From assembly GCA_963774265.1 (NCBI GenBank), contig CAVZDU010000005.1:288001-352000 (forward strand): DNA of 64,000 nucleotides. The letters run 5' to 3'. This document shows, piece by piece, positions 39,223 to 49,770 of this stretch. The notes below the pieces were generated by a model that saw nothing but the letters and a program-made list of their open reading frames with translations, was not told the origin of the DNA and ran no database searches. The first letter of the stretch is position 1. Each line of letters opens with the position of its first letter. Made by a program: the position numbers and the translations under genes. This DNA comes from an uncultured Chloroflexia bacterium. GTDB taxonomy: Bacteria; Chloroflexota; Anaerolineae; CG2-30-64-16.

Positions 39223-40662
39223 ATGCGCAAGTTTCTCAAGATTCTACTCGCCATTCCCCTGGGGTTGGCTTTCTTTTGGCTCGTCGTGATGAAGATCATC
39301 TCACGCGTCGCGGCCAGCTTCGGCGTCTCGGGGCCCTGTCCGTCCGAGCTGAGCTGGCTGGTTGACAATTCTGTCCGCCATAATGCGGTTCCTCGGCTGC
39401 TGGACCGGGTAGGCATCCGGCCGGGAGAACGGGTGTTGGAACTCGGGCCTGGACCCGGGGCGTTCAGCGTGGAAGCCGCGCAGCGCGCCGGGCCGCAGGG
39501 CCGGCTGATCGCCGTCGACATCCAGCCAGCCATGATCGCCCAGGTGGAGGCGCGCGTGCGTCAGGCCGGGTTGACCAACGTCGAGACGCACGTCGCCAGC
39601 GCGCACAACTTGCCCCTGCCCGCTGCCAGCGTGAATCGCGCCTTTTTGATCACCGTGCTAGGCGAGATTCCGGACCCAGACCGCGCGCTGGCCGAGCTGA
39701 ATCGCGTGCTCGCGCCGGACGGCGTGCTGTCGATCGGCGAGGCGTTTATGGATCCTGACTACGCCTTCCCATCGGAGGCCATCCGGCGGGTTGAGGCTGC
39801 GGGCTTCCGCCTGGCAGAGCGACACGGCAACTTCTGGGAATACGCGCTGAACTTCCGCCGGGTGACCGTCGACCCACCGGCCGGCATGGAGGTGATGGCC
39901 TGCCCGGCCTGCCACGCCAGCCTGATGTGGCGCGATGCAGAGAACGCCCTGCGCTGTACAGCCTGCGGGGTGGACTACCCGGTGCGGCAGGGCATCCCGC
40001 ACTTCATCGAGCCTGAGATGCTGACCGGCTTCAACCGGCGCTTTGCACACCTCTACGACTGGTTCTCGTGGTTCTACCGGCTCTTCTCGAGGGTCGCGTT
40101 CGCGTTCATCGGCATGCCCGAGGAGACCGCGCGGCGGGAAGTGCTCGACCGGTTGGAGCCAGATGGCGGCCGCGTGCTCGAGGTCTCCGTCGGCCCCGGA
40201 GTCAACCTGCCCTACCTGGTCGGTCGTCCGGACGTGGGGGAAGTGCATGGGCTGGACATCTCCCCGGGCCAGTTGCGGCGCTGCCGCAGCTACCTGCAGG
40301 GGCGAGGATGGTCCGTGCCGCTCTACCTGGCCAACGCGGAAGAGCTGCCGTTCGGGGATGCGACCTTCGACGCGGTCTTCCACATCGGCGGCATCAACTT
40401 CTTCAACGATAAGGCGAAGGCTATCGCGGAGATGGTCCGCGTGGCCAGGCCCGGGACGCGCATCGTGATCTGCGACGAGAACGAGCGCGGGGCGCAGGCC
40501 TACGAGCGCACCCTCCCCGGCTTCAAGCGCTCCTTCCAGGACGGCCGCCAGGCGGTCGCGGCCCCGGTGGACGCCGTGCCGCCGGGGATGCAAGAGGTGC
40601 GCGTCTTCGATGTATGGAAGGGCTGGATGTACTGTCTGGAGTTCAGAAAACCCGGTGAGTAA
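39223..40662 (+). CDS. Double class I SAM methyltransferase with a Trm112-like linker
   Basis: VLELGPGPG and VLEVSVGPG motifs separated by ACPACH...CTACGVDYPVRQGIP. Confidence 0.85.
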   Translation: MRKFLKILLAIPLGLAFFWLVVMKIISRVAASFGVSGPCPSELSWLVDNSVRHNAVPRLLDRVGIRPGERVLELGPGPGAFSVEAAQRAGPQGRLIAVDIQPAMIAQVEARVRQAGLTNVETHVASAHNLPLPAASVNRAFLITVLGEIPDPDRALAELNRVLAPDGVLSIGEAFMDPDYAFPSEAIRRVEAAGFRLAERHGNFWEYALNFRRVTVDPPAGMEVMACPACHASLMWRDAENALRCTACGVDYPVRQGIPHFIEPEMLTGFNRRFAHLYDWFSWFYRLFSRVAFAFIGMPEETARREVLDRLEPDGGRVLEVSVGPGVNLPYLVGRPDVGEVHGLDISPGQLRRCRSYLQGRGWSVPLYLANAEELPFGDATFDAVFHIGGINFFNDKAKAIAEMVRVARPGTRIVICDENERGAQAYERTLPGFKRSFQDGRQAVAAPVDAVPPGMQEVRVFDVWKGWMYCLEFRKPGE

Positions 40663-40671
40663 GGAGGGCGT

Positions 40672-41259
40672 ATGAGCTTCTTTCGACTGTGGCTGACCGG
40701 CTATCTGCATCCCGGCCGCGCCTTCGAGGCGCTGCGTGACAAGCCCGCTCCTCATTGGGGTCTGTACGGCGTGCTTCTGCGCGGGCTGATAATGGGGGTG
40801 GTGTGGTATCTGCCGCGCGCGCTCATGGGCCTCCGGCCGGCCCTGGCGCCGGTGTTGCCCTTCCCGCCCGTCGAGAGCTACTACTGGCACGCGCTCTGGT
40901 ACTTCCCGGTCTTCGAGCTTGCCAAATGGCTGCTGCTGGCCGCGATCATGCACCTGGCGCTGCGGCTGCTGCGGCTGCCGAGCGACTACGATGTCCTCCT
41001 GAACCTCTCCGGCATCACCGCACTCATCATTGACCCGGCCATCCGCGTCTGGGACTGGATCGTGTACGCGGCGGGGTGGAGCGAGAACACGGTGCTGATG
41101 GGCGCGGCTCACGCCCTGGTCTTCTGGCCCTGGGGTCTCGCACTCGCCGTCATCGGGATGCGCAAGCTTCTGGGGCTGCCAGCACGGGTGGTCGTGCCGC
41201 TGCAACTGCTGGTGCTGGCCCTCTTCATCCCGCTGGCGGCCACGTTCTTGCGGCCGTGA
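40672..41259 (+). CDS. Yip1-like membrane protein
   Basis: HPGRAFEAL start, about 5 TM segments, RBS AAGGAGG. Confidence 0.55.
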   Translation: MSFFRLWLTGYLHPGRAFEALRDKPAPHWGLYGVLLRGLIMGVVWYLPRALMGLRPALAPVLPFPPVESYYWHALWYFPVFELAKWLLLAAIMHLALRLLRLPSDYDVLLNLSGITALIIDPAIRVWDWIVYAAGWSENTVLMGAAHALVFWPWGLALAVIGMRKLLGLPARVVVPLQLLVLALFIPLAATFLRP

Positions 41260-41287
41260 TGCAACCCCTGCCTGAAGGAGAGCACGC

Positions 41288-42154
41288 ATGAAGAGAAACC
41301 AATCCAGCCTGACTGCCGCCGGCATCGCGGTCGTGCGCGCCCTGGAATCCGAGAAGCCTGCCGGAGAGCGGCTCTGCTTCGACCCCTACGCCCGCCGCTT
41401 CGTCGGCGCCGGTCTCTACTACGTCATGAAGTTCTTCACCGCGGTGGGGTATGCCGCCTGGAGAGGCCCGGGGGTGTGGGAGTTCCTGGCCGTGCGCGAG
41501 CGGTACATCGACGACTACCTGGAAATCTGCCTGAGCGAAGGACTGGAGCAATTGGTGATCCTGGGCGCCGGCTACGACGCGAGGGCTTATCGTTTCGAGG
41601 CGCTCAAGACGGGGATCAAGGTCTTCGAGGTGGACCACCCCGCCACCCAGGCGGTCAAGCTCAGGAAGCTGGCTGCCATCTTCGGTGCCCGGCCGGCGCA
41701 CGTCACCTACGTTCCGATCGACTTCGACCGGGAGACCCTGGCGGAACGGCTCTTCGCCAGCGGCTATGACGAGCGGCTCAAGACCCTGTTCATCTGGCAG
41801 GGCGTGACGCAATACCTGACCCCTGCTGCGGTGGATGACACCCTGGCCTTTGTGGCGGGGCATTCCGGGCAGGGCAGCATCATCATTTTCGACTACATGG
41901 ACGCAGCCCTGCTGGGCGGCGCGCCGCGCCATGGCGAGGTCAGCAGCATGCGCCGCTACCGGGGTCTGACCGGCGAAGGCCTGGCCTTCGGCATCCCGAT
42001 CGCCAAGATCGAGTCGTTCCTGGAGGAACGCGGCTTCACCCGGGTGAAGAACGCCGACCACTTCGCTTTGGAGAAGGCGTACTCCAGCGTCCTCCGCCCG
42101 CGCAAGGTGGCGGATGGTTATGCGATTGCCTCGGCGGTCGTCGGGCCGCGTTGA
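41288..42154 (+). CDS. LCM/YktD-family SAM methyltransferase
   Basis: RALES, DPYA, QLVILGAGYDARAYR, FEVDHP, WQGVTQYL. Confidence 0.85.
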   Translation: MKRNQSSLTAAGIAVVRALESEKPAGERLCFDPYARRFVGAGLYYVMKFFTAVGYAAWRGPGVWEFLAVRERYIDDYLEICLSEGLEQLVILGAGYDARAYRFEALKTGIKVFEVDHPATQAVKLRKLAAIFGARPAHVTYVPIDFDRETLAERLFASGYDERLKTLFIWQGVTQYLTPAAVDDTLAFVAGHSGQGSIIIFDYMDAALLGGAPRHGEVSSMRRYRGLTGEGLAFGIPIAKIESFLEERGFTRVKNADHFALEKAYSSVLRPRKVADGYAIASAVVGPR

Positions 42155-42172
42155 GGCGGAGGGAGGTTGAAC

Positions 42173-42883
42173 ATGACACAGGGCAACAACAAGCGCTCGA
42201 ACATCGCAACGGGCATCGCTATGCGACTCGGAGCGATCGCGGCCACCCTCGCCGTGCAAGCGGCGCTCCTGTTCGGCGGCGCCGGCCGGCTGGATTGGCT
42301 CTGGGTGTGGGTCTACCTGGGGATTTCCCTCGTGACCGTGCTGATCAACGGCACGATCATGCTCCGCACCAGCCCTGAGACCATCGCCGAACGCGGCCGC
42401 CCCAGGGAGATGAGGAGTTGGGACAAGGTCGTCAGCGGCATCGGGATCCTGGCTGTCTACCTGGCGCTGCCATTGGTGGCGGGCCTGGATATGCGCTTCG
42501 GTTGGACCCCCGCGTTCAGCGTGACGTGGCATCTGGTGGGTGCTGCGGGACTCACGGCGGGATTCTGGCTGGCTGCCTGGGCCATGATCTCCAATGCATA
42601 CTTTTCGACGGTGGTGCGGATCCAGAGCGAACGCGGCCATACGGTGTGTCGCACCGGGCCGTATCGGTTCGTGCGTCACCCGGGGTACGTGGGGTTCATG
42701 CTTCAGATGCTGGGCCTTCCGTTGCTGTTCGGATCGTCCTGGGCGTTCGTCCCCGCGATGGCAGGGCTGGTTTCGATGGTGATCCGGACTGCGTTGGAGG
42801 ACCGGATGCTGCAGGCTGAGCTGCCAGGCTACCGGGAATATGCCCAGGATGTCCGCGACCGGCTCGTTCCGGGCATCTGGTAG
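42173..42883 (+). CDS. ICMT/PEMT-family membrane methyltransferase (copy A)
   Basis: TGPYRFVRHPGY, RTALEDRML, GYREY. Confidence 0.85.
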   Translation: MTQGNNKRSNIATGIAMRLGAIAATLAVQAALLFGGAGRLDWLWVWVYLGISLVTVLINGTIMLRTSPETIAERGRPREMRSWDKVVSGIGILAVYLALPLVAGLDMRFGWTPAFSVTWHLVGAAGLTAGFWLAAWAMISNAYFSTVVRIQSERGHTVCRTGPYRFVRHPGYVGFMLQMLGLPLLFGSSWAFVPAMAGLVSMVIRTALEDRMLQAELPGYREYAQDVRDRLVPGIW

Positions 42884-42899
42884 GTGGGGAGGGGGTGAG

Positions 42900-43585
42900 A
42901 TGAAATCTTCAGCTCGCACTCGTTATGCCATTCGGGAGACCATGGGTCTCGTCGTCATGGGGGTGGCGCTGTTCTGGTCCGCCGGCCGGATGAACTGGTG
43001 GCCGGCCTGGGCCAGCCTCGCGGTGATGGCCGCCTGGATCATAGCGACGGCCATCGTCATCCTCCGCTACAACCCCGACGCTGCTGGCCGAGCGCCTGGG
43101 GCCGCGCAAGGGCGCAAAATCCTGGGACACGGCCATCATGAGCCTCCTGGGCCTGATCCAGTTGGCGCGTTATATCATCGCCGGACTGGATCAGCGTTAT
43201 GGCTGGACGGGTGGCTTGCCTGTGGCGGTTCAGCTTGCCGCGTTGACCTTGTGCATCCTGGGCTATGCCCTGGTCGTCTGGGCGACGGCTTCCAACACCT
43301 TCTTCTCGCAGATCGTGCGCATCCAGAGCGAGCGCGGCCACGCGGTCGCGACCGGCGGCCCGTACCATACGGTGCGGCACCCCGCTTACGCTGGCGCGAT
43401 CCTGTATGAGCTGGCCGTGCCCGTCCTGCTCGCTTCCTGGCCGGCCTTGATCGTCAGCGGGTTGAGCGTCGTTCTGCTCATCCTGCGCACCGCGCTCGAA
43501 GACCGCACCTTGCAGGCGGAACTGATCGGCTATGCCGATTATGCGCGCCAGGTGCGTTATCGCCTTGCTGCCGGGCATCTGGTGA
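42900..43585 (+). CDS. ICMT/PEMT-family membrane methyltransferase (two frameshifts)
   Basis: GGPYHTVRHPAY, RTALEDRTL; indels near 43080 and 43565. Confidence 0.75.
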
Positions 43586-43638
43586 GGTTGGAGGCTGGAT
43601 GCTGGTCATGGGGTGTGTTACTCCGGAGGAGGCTGACC

Positions 43639-43730
43639 ATGTTTGAGGAAGCATCTCCTGCCCTGAGCGGCGTGCCCGCAACCATGCTCATGACTCTCTA
43701 CATCTTCCGGCTCGGAGAGGCGGCTGGTGA
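43639..43730 (+). pseudogene. Internally deleted TcmP-like methyltransferase
   Basis: Start (LSGVPATMLMTLY) and end (FRLGEAAG + TGAAAAGAC) match the two termini of 50575..51438. Confidence 0.75.
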
Positions 43731-43752
43731 AAAGACCTTTGGGAGGCAACCG

Positions 43753-44541
43753 ATGACAGACAGACGTGTGTTCCTGGCCGGCCTGGCGGCCGGTGCGCTA
43801 GGTGGGCTACTGGTGAGGCGGCGGATGGACCGGCCGCGCTGGATGCCGCACCTGGACATCAGCCGGCGCGTGCTGGCCGAGACGCGCGGTGAGGTCCGGG
43901 CGGCCCTGCTGGCCGCGCGCGTGCAGGCTCGTTACGATGAGTTGGTGGCCCGCGGGCCCCGCTTTGACCATCCGGCGCTGCGCCGGCATCTCGAGGCGAG
44001 CATCCTACCCGGCCTGGCGCTTTACCGGGAGCTGCGGGAGGAAAATGGCGACCGGGAAGCGGTCCTGACGGAGATTGACCGGCTTTTCACCGCCTGGGTG
44101 GAGCATTCGGACCAACGCAAGCGGATGCGGCTCTTGGGGCGCTTGCCCGATCCGTTCGCGATCCTGCGAATCGGCAACCGCCTGGTGCTGAAAACGGGCT
44201 TCCCACCGGAGGGGTGGAGGTTGGAGTGGTTGGAAGATAGCGACCGCTGCGTCGCCTACGACATCCACGAGTGCTTCTACTTGAACGTGCTCACCGCCTA
44301 CGGTGCGCCGGAGTTGACGGCTCACTACTGCCAGGGGGATGATCTGCTCTACGGCAGCCTCCCCGGCGTCTCCTGGGAACGCACGAAGACGCTCGGCCGG
44401 GGCGACGACCGGTGCAACTTCCGGTTCTGCCGCGTGGACGCGGCGGGTGCTTTCGCAACACCCCAATCCGACGTCCTCGCGATGTACGTACGCCCGGACT
44501 GCACGGGCAGGCTGGAGCCCACCGAGGACGCCCCACACTAG
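43753..44541 (+). CDS. L-2-amino-thiazoline-4-carboxylate hydrolase-like protein
   Basis: YDIHECFY, ELTAHYCQGD, RTKTLGRGDDRCNFRF. Confidence 0.75.
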   Translation: MTDRRVFLAGLAAGALGGLLVRRRMDRPRWMPHLDISRRVLAETRGEVRAALLAARVQARYDELVARGPRFDHPALRRHLEASILPGLALYRELREENGDREAVLTEIDRLFTAWVEHSDQRKRMRLLGRLPDPFAILRIGNRLVLKTGFPPEGWRLEWLEDSDRCVAYDIHECFYLNVLTAYGAPELTAHYCQGDDLLYGSLPGVSWERTKTLGRGDDRCNFRFCRVDAAGAFATPQSDVLAMYVRPDCTGRLEPTEDAPH

Positions 44542-44551
44542 GGAGGACTCT

Positions 44552-44797
44552 GTGCAAGCGAGACCCAACTTCATCCTGCCTCTCGCTGATGCCTCTGCCG
44601 AACTGTTGCAGGTGGGCGGTAAGGGTGCTTCGCTGGCGCGCCTGGCCGCGGCCGGCCTGCCCGTGCCCGACGGCTTTCACATCCTCTACGATGTTGACTT
44701 CATGAATCCGATCCCTGCCGAGAAGCCGGCCCTGATGTTGGACGATGATCACGGTGGATGGGGACGCGGGGAGCGTGGAAGTACTGCGTGGACGTGA
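44552..44797 (+). pseudogene. PEP synthase/rifampin phosphotransferase-like fragment
   Basis: RBS GGAGG, then VGGKGASLARL...GLPVPDGFHI; ends after about 80 codons. Confidence 0.75.
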
Positions 44798-44897
44798 GAT
44801 GTGATGGCGACCCAGACGCCTGGGAACGTTTCGCCTGTACTTTAACCCTGTGCTACACTGTCGCCGCGGCATCGCCCTGAACGGGGCCACGAGATAG

Positions 44898-44932
44898 AAC
44901 CGGCCTTGCACAACGCCGTGCAGGGCCGGTTT
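44898..44932. terminator. Terminator hairpin, paralogous to 52559
   Basis: AACCGGCCTTGCAC...GTGCAGGGCCGGTTT. Confidence 0.6.
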
Positions 44933-45021
44933 CATCTTCAGGCTGTGGCCCAGATGTAGCTTGCGGCTTCTGTTGTCACTGTTGCCGCAGCTACTGGTAT
45001 CGCCGCCGTCCAGTTTTGGTT

Positions 45022-45852
45022 TTAGTCATCATCATCGTCGCCGCTGTCGTCGTCACCGTCATCGCTATTGTCGTCATCATCGTCATCGTTATCCATATCG
45101 TCATCGTCGTCATTTATGTCGTCGTCATCATCGCTGTCGTCAGGCCCGCAATCATCGTCATCGCAACCGACCTTGGTAGCGGGCTGGGCTGTGGGCCGGG
45201 CTGTGGGCCGGGCTGGGTCATCGTCGTCGTCATTTATGTCGTCATCGTCGTCGGTGATGGAGGCGCCGCTACGATCTCTCAATGTGCGGGCCGCGATCGC
45301 AAATGCGCCGCCATAGCCGCTGTCCTTGAATTTGCCCACCACCGTGACGATGCTGCCGTTGGCGAGAGAGACCCTCTCCACGTCATCGTCCAGATCGACA
45401 ATGATCTGACCAGTGCCGTCGTTGATAAGGAACTTATCGCTGGTGAGTTGGGTGACTCGCCCGGCGGTGGTCACGATCTGTCCGAGGAAACCGGATGGGT
45501 TGGCCAGCAGTTGGGCGATGGTCACGGTGGCTGCAGGACTTCGGCTCGCCGTTACGTTGGAAGCCACCTGTGATTGGGAGGTGACCAGGGACGCTGCGCT
45601 AACTTCCGCTGAAGCAGCTAGCGCCTGCCAGGCGTCGAGGGTGGCCGTCTTGTCACCCTGGTTCAGGTCGACAGTCATGTCGGTGGGTTGAGAGTTGGAG
45701 TCAGATGCCTGTGCTGATCCTCCGGCTATCAGGGCCGGGAGTGGAGCGGCTGCACTGGAGCCGATGGTGCTCATCACGGCGGTGCCGCCGAGAAGCAGCA
45801 GGGCGCTCAACAAGCCCCCCGCCAGGGACAGTGACAATGCACGCTTGAACAT
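45022..45852 (-). CDS. Exported protein with BOF/YgiW-like OB fold and Asp-rich tail
   Basis: Signal peptide; FLINDGTGQIIVDL; poly-Asp tracts. Confidence 0.7.
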   Translation of the reverse strand: MFKRALSLSLAGGLLSALLLLGGTAVMSTIGSSAAAPLPALIAGGSAQASDSNSQPTDMTVDLNQGDKTATLDAWQALAASAEVSAASLVTSQSQVASNVTASRSPAATVTIAQLLANPSGFLGQIVTTAGRVTQLTSDKFLINDGTGQIIVDLDDDVERVSLANGSIVTVVGKFKDSGYGGAFAIAARTLRDRSGASITDDDDDINDDDDDPARPTARPTAQPATKVGCDDDDCGPDDSDDDDDINDDDDDMDNDDDDDDNSDDGDDDSGDDDDD

Positions 45853-45918
45853 GGGATTTTCTCCTTTAGCGGATCGGAAGTCGCCGGTGACTTCCTTGTT
45901 TCATGATACGGCGTGCAC

Positions 45919-45958
45919 CTGAAGACTGGTTGAAGTCTCGCTGTAAATCGGCTGAAGA
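45919..45958 (-). promoter_or_regulatory. Four 11-bp-phased direct repeats (OmpR-family site)
   Basis: Minus strand TCTTCAG/TTTACAG/ACTTCAA/TCTTCAG; plus-strand starts 45952, 45941, 45930, 45919. Confidence 0.55.
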
Positions 45959-45960
45959 AA

Positions 45961-47387
45961 TCAGCCGGCGTAGGGCAGCGTCAGGGTGAAAGTGGTTCCT
46001 TCACCGGGTTGGGATGCGGCCTGAATGGTCCCGCCATGCGCCTGGGCGATGGCGGCAACAATCGGCAATCCCAATCCTGAGCCTGGGCCTTGGCGCCGCG
46101 GGATTGATCGCCGCGATAGAAGCGCTCGAAGATGTGCGCCAATGTCTCGGGCTGCATCCCACTACCTTGATCTTGAACGATCCACCGGCAAGCGCGGGCA
46201 TCCGCTTCCACCCGCAGATGAATCTCGCGACCGACCGGCGTATAGTGGAGCGCGTTTTCAACCAGGTTGTTCAACGCGCGGCGCGAACATCTCACGGTCG
46301 GCGTGGAGCGGGGGGATGGGATGGTCCGGCCACTCCAGGATGCAGAATCTGTCCTGCAGCCAGCACCTGGGCGCGCTCGCAGACTTCTTCGAGGAGCGGC
46401 AGTGGGTCGACCAGGACGCGATTGGGCAGTCCTTCGAGATGATCCGCCGCGTCATCGATGCGGGCCAGGAAGAGCAAGTCATCGACCAATGCGGACATCG
46501 CATCCACCTCATGGGTCATCAGATGATGGATATTCTGCGCCTGGGTTTCGTCACCGTGGAGGCGGGCCGCCTCCTGCATCTCCAAGCCATTGCGCAGCAC
46601 CGCCAGGGGTGAGCGCAGCTCGTGAGAGGCGTCGCTGGCAAAGCGGCGCATCTCATCGGTCAACTGGGCCTGGCGGTCGATGGAGGCCTGAATGCGGTCG
46701 AGCATCGCATTGAATGTACGAGCGAGGTCGCGCGCTTCGCTCACTCGTGGCAGCGGCGTGCGGCTCGTCAGGTCGCCCTGCGCGACCGCCCGAGAGGTGT
46801 GCAGAAGAGCCTCCAACTGGCGAATGCTGACGCCGGCAATAATGAAGGAAAACACGACCCCCAACATCGCTGCTGCGCCGATGATCCAGATGAATCGCAG
46901 GCGTAGCCCTGCCAACTCGGCCTCGATCGTCTCCAATGGCAGGCTGGCTTCTACGGTGCAGAGCACGTTGCCCTGGGTATCCAGTACGGGGACCAGGTAG
47001 ACCATCCGGTGCGAGGAACCTGCAGGAATCGTCTGCAGCGAGCCGACGCCGCGTCTCACGGGCTGTCCGGTGTGCGGCGTCGTCGAGCCACGGGCCGGTG
47101 CCCAGCGCAGGCGGTACAGGTCGCCCCTCAGCATCCTGAACAAACAAGTCGGCGCCTAATACGCGTAAGTGCTCGCCCAACTGCACCGCCAGGTTGGTGA
47201 GATCGGCGTCGGGCGCCAACTCGGTTACGTCAGCCCGGACAAACTCGATCAGACGATCGCGTGCATCGGTCAGGAGAAAGTCCTGCTGCATGCGGAAGCC
47301 TACCAGCCCAACCAAAGTCAGCAGGGGGATCAGGCTGCCCAGGTAGAGCAGGACGATCAGGCCGCGGAAAGACAGACGGGTTCTCAT
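45961..47387 (-). CDS. HAMP sensor histidine kinase (frameshifted)
   Basis: ASHELRSPL, NLVENALHYT, DQGSGM, FERFYR. Confidence 0.85.
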
Positions 47388-48080
47388 TCGGCCTCCTCGC
47401 GCAGAATGTAGCCCGCCCCGCGCAGTGTTTGAATGAGGGCTGGAGGGCCGACCTTCTGGCGTAGGGAATGCACGTACTGCTCGACGATATTGGCATCTCC
47501 GCCGAAGTCATAGCCCCACACGGCCTCCAACAGGCTCTCTTTGGAGAGGACCTGGCGCGGGTGGCGCAGGAGGTGAAGCAGCACTTTGTACTCGGTGGCG
47601 GTCAACGTCACCCGACGGCTGCCGCGGAGCACTTCATGCGTTTCAGTGTCCAGAGTGAGATCGCTGAAGGCAAGTTGGTTGGCTGCGGGCATCTTATGGC
47701 GCAGCCGAGCACGCACCCGCGCCAGCAGTTCCTCGATGTAGAAAGGCTTGACGATGTAGTCATCTGCGCCACTGTCCAGACCCGCGACGCGGTCGGACAG
47801 CGCGTCGCGGGCGGTGATGATGATGACGGGTGTTTCGGAGCCCGCGCGGATACGGCGACAGAGCGTGATGCCGTCCATGCCGCGGCAGCATCCAATCCAC
47901 GATGACCAGGTCAGGCTGTTCTTCTTCGAAAAGGCGGAGCCCCTCAAGGCCGTCTGCTGCGGCAAGGATTGTGTAACCCTCATAGCGCAAGCCGAGGGAG
48001 ACGAGCGACATGATCGCCTGGTCATCCTCGACAACCAACACGACCTGGGCGCTTTCGGGGCTGATCGGTGAATCCGCCAT
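47384..48080 (-). CDS. OmpR-family response regulator (frameshift near 47880)
   Basis: VLVVEDD, VDWMLP, GADDYIVKPF, IQTLRGAGY. Confidence 0.85.
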
Positions 48081-48169
48081 CGTTAGCCTCCGTCTTTGGA
48101 TACCCAACAATCTGTGTCAAGCGGAGCCAGAGCACAGCCAACGCAGGCGCAGCTGCCTTGTGGCGCCTC

Positions 48170-48216
48170 TTGACAAGTCAGGCGGTAGGCTTTATTATAT
48201 GAGTTATCATTCATGT
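48170..48216 (+). promoter_or_regulatory. Sigma70 promoter with SmtB operator (second cluster)
   Basis: TTGACA-17-TATTAT overlapping ATATGA-GTTATCAT-TCATGT. Confidence 0.7.
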
Positions 48217-48326
48217 CTGCAAATCCGTCACAAGGCGGAAACTCTGCAGCCTGGCCCTGGCGCATTTCGACCAGGGCTGATGGAATAAGTGGGGCCAGCG
48301 GTTGGGCCTCTTCTTTTTAGCTCAAA

Positions 48327-48348
48327 TACATGAACGGACATTCAACTG
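48327..48348. promoter_or_regulatory. SmtB-type operator
   Basis: ACATGA-ACGGACAT-TCA; flanks resemble those at 39048. Confidence 0.55.
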
Positions 48349-48368
48349 TCAGCGGAGGGAGGTTGAAC

Positions 48369-49079
48369 ATGACACAGGGCAACAATAAACGCTCGAACAT
48401 CGCAACGGGCATCGCTATGCGGCTCGGAGCGATCGCGGCCACCCTCGCCGTGCAAGCGGCGCTCCTGTTCAGCGGCGCAGGCCGGCTGGATTGGCTCTGG
48501 GCGTGGGTCTACCTGGGGATTTCCCTCGTGACCGTGCTGATCAACGGCACGATCATGCTCCGCACCAGCCCTGAGACCATCGCCGAGCGCGGCCGCCCCA
48601 GGGAGATGAGGAGTTGGGACAAGGTCGTCAGCGGCATCGGGAGCCTGGCTGTCTACCTGGCGCTGCCATTGGTGGCGGGCCTGGATATGCGTTTCGGTTG
48701 GACCCCCGCGTTCGGCGTGACGTGGCATCTGGTGGGTGCTGTGGGACTCACGGCGGGATTCGGGCTGGCTGCCTGGGCCATGATCTCCAATGCATACTTT
48801 TCGACGGTGGTGCGGATCCAGAGCGAACGCGGCCATACGGTGTGTCGCACCGGGCCGTATCGGTTCGTGCGTCACCCGGGGTACGTGGGGTTCATGCTTC
48901 AGATGCTGGGCCTTCCGTTGCTGCTCGGATCGTCCTGGGCGTTCGTCCCCGCGATGGTAGGGCTGGTTTCGATGGTCATCCGGACGGTTCTCGAGGATCG
49001 CACGCTGCAGGCCGAGCTGCCCGGCTACCAGGAGTACGCCCAGGAGGTCCGTTACCGTCTGATGCCGGGCATCTGGTAA
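48369..49079 (+). CDS. ICMT/PEMT-family methyltransferase (copy B, near-identical to 42173)
   Basis: Same protein with scattered substitutions. Confidence 0.85.
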   Translation: MTQGNNKRSNIATGIAMRLGAIAATLAVQAALLFSGAGRLDWLWAWVYLGISLVTVLINGTIMLRTSPETIAERGRPREMRSWDKVVSGIGSLAVYLALPLVAGLDMRFGWTPAFGVTWHLVGAVGLTAGFGLAAWAMISNAYFSTVVRIQSERGHTVCRTGPYRFVRHPGYVGFMLQMLGLPLLLGSSWAFVPAMVGLVSMVIRTVLEDRTLQAELPGYQEYAQEVRYRLMPGIW

Positions 49080-49116
49080 GCCAGGAAGTATGGAGGGCCG
49101 CTGGAGGCGAGATTCC

Positions 49117-49770
49117 ATGGGCACAGAGATCCTATTCCGAACGCTCTTTTGGATTCTCTTTGGCGGCGTTCTGGTGATGCGGATGGTCTTCTCCCTCGAG
49201 GTACGCCGGGCCGGGGAACGGCTGTTGCCCGACCGCGCGGCCATCGAGCGCGAAGGTCGGGTCGCGTTTGCCGTTCGCTTCGTCGCGTTCTTTGTGCTGC
49301 TTGCGTTTCTGGCGCTCTACGCGCTGAATGTGCCGTGGCTGGCTGGCCTCTCGATCCCGCTGCCGCCGTGGCTGCGCTGGGCCGGTTTCGTGCTGGGGCT
49401 GATCAGCCTGGCCTGGTGGGCCTGGACGCAATCGGCGTTGGGCACGCATTGGTCTGCGCAATTGCAGCTCCGGGAAGAACATCACCTGATCACCACAGGG
49501 CCTTATACCCGGGTGCGTCATCCGCTCTACACCGCCATGTTGGGGATGACTGCAGCCTTCGCCCTGGTCACCGCCCATTGGGTCTTCGTGGCCTTCGGCA
49601 TCCTGAGCATCGTCGGGCTGTTCAGCCGCGTGCCGCGCGAGGAGCAGATGATGCTGGACGAGTTTGGGTCAGAGTATGTATCGTATATGCAGCGGACGGG
49701 CCGGTTGTTCCCACGCGTCGCCCGCCCAGGCAGACGAACAAGGCCGGAAGGAAAACATGGACATCTTTGA
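49117..49770 (+). CDS. ICMT-family methyltransferase
   Basis: HHLITTGPYTRVRHPLY, REEQMM. Confidence 0.85.
   Translation: MGTEILFRTLFWILFGGVLVMRMVFSLEVRRAGERLLPDRAAIEREGRVAFAVRFVAFFVLLAFLALYALNVPWLAGLSIPLPPWLRWAGFVLGLISLAWWAWTQSALGTHWSAQLQLREEHHLITTGPYTRVRHPLYTAMLGMTAAFALVTAHWVFVAFGILSIVGLFSRVPREEQMMLDEFGSEYVSYMQRTGRLFPRVARPGRRTRPEGKHGHL

Noticed and set aside
43138-44541. Apparent ICMT-ATC hydrolase fusion (467-aa ORF)
   Set aside because: An extra T near 43565 bypasses the TGA that is in frame in the paralogous sequence at 50512; internal RBSs mark separate genes.
45025-45260. GTCATC-type microsatellite
   Set aside because: It is the coding sequence of the poly-Asp tail.
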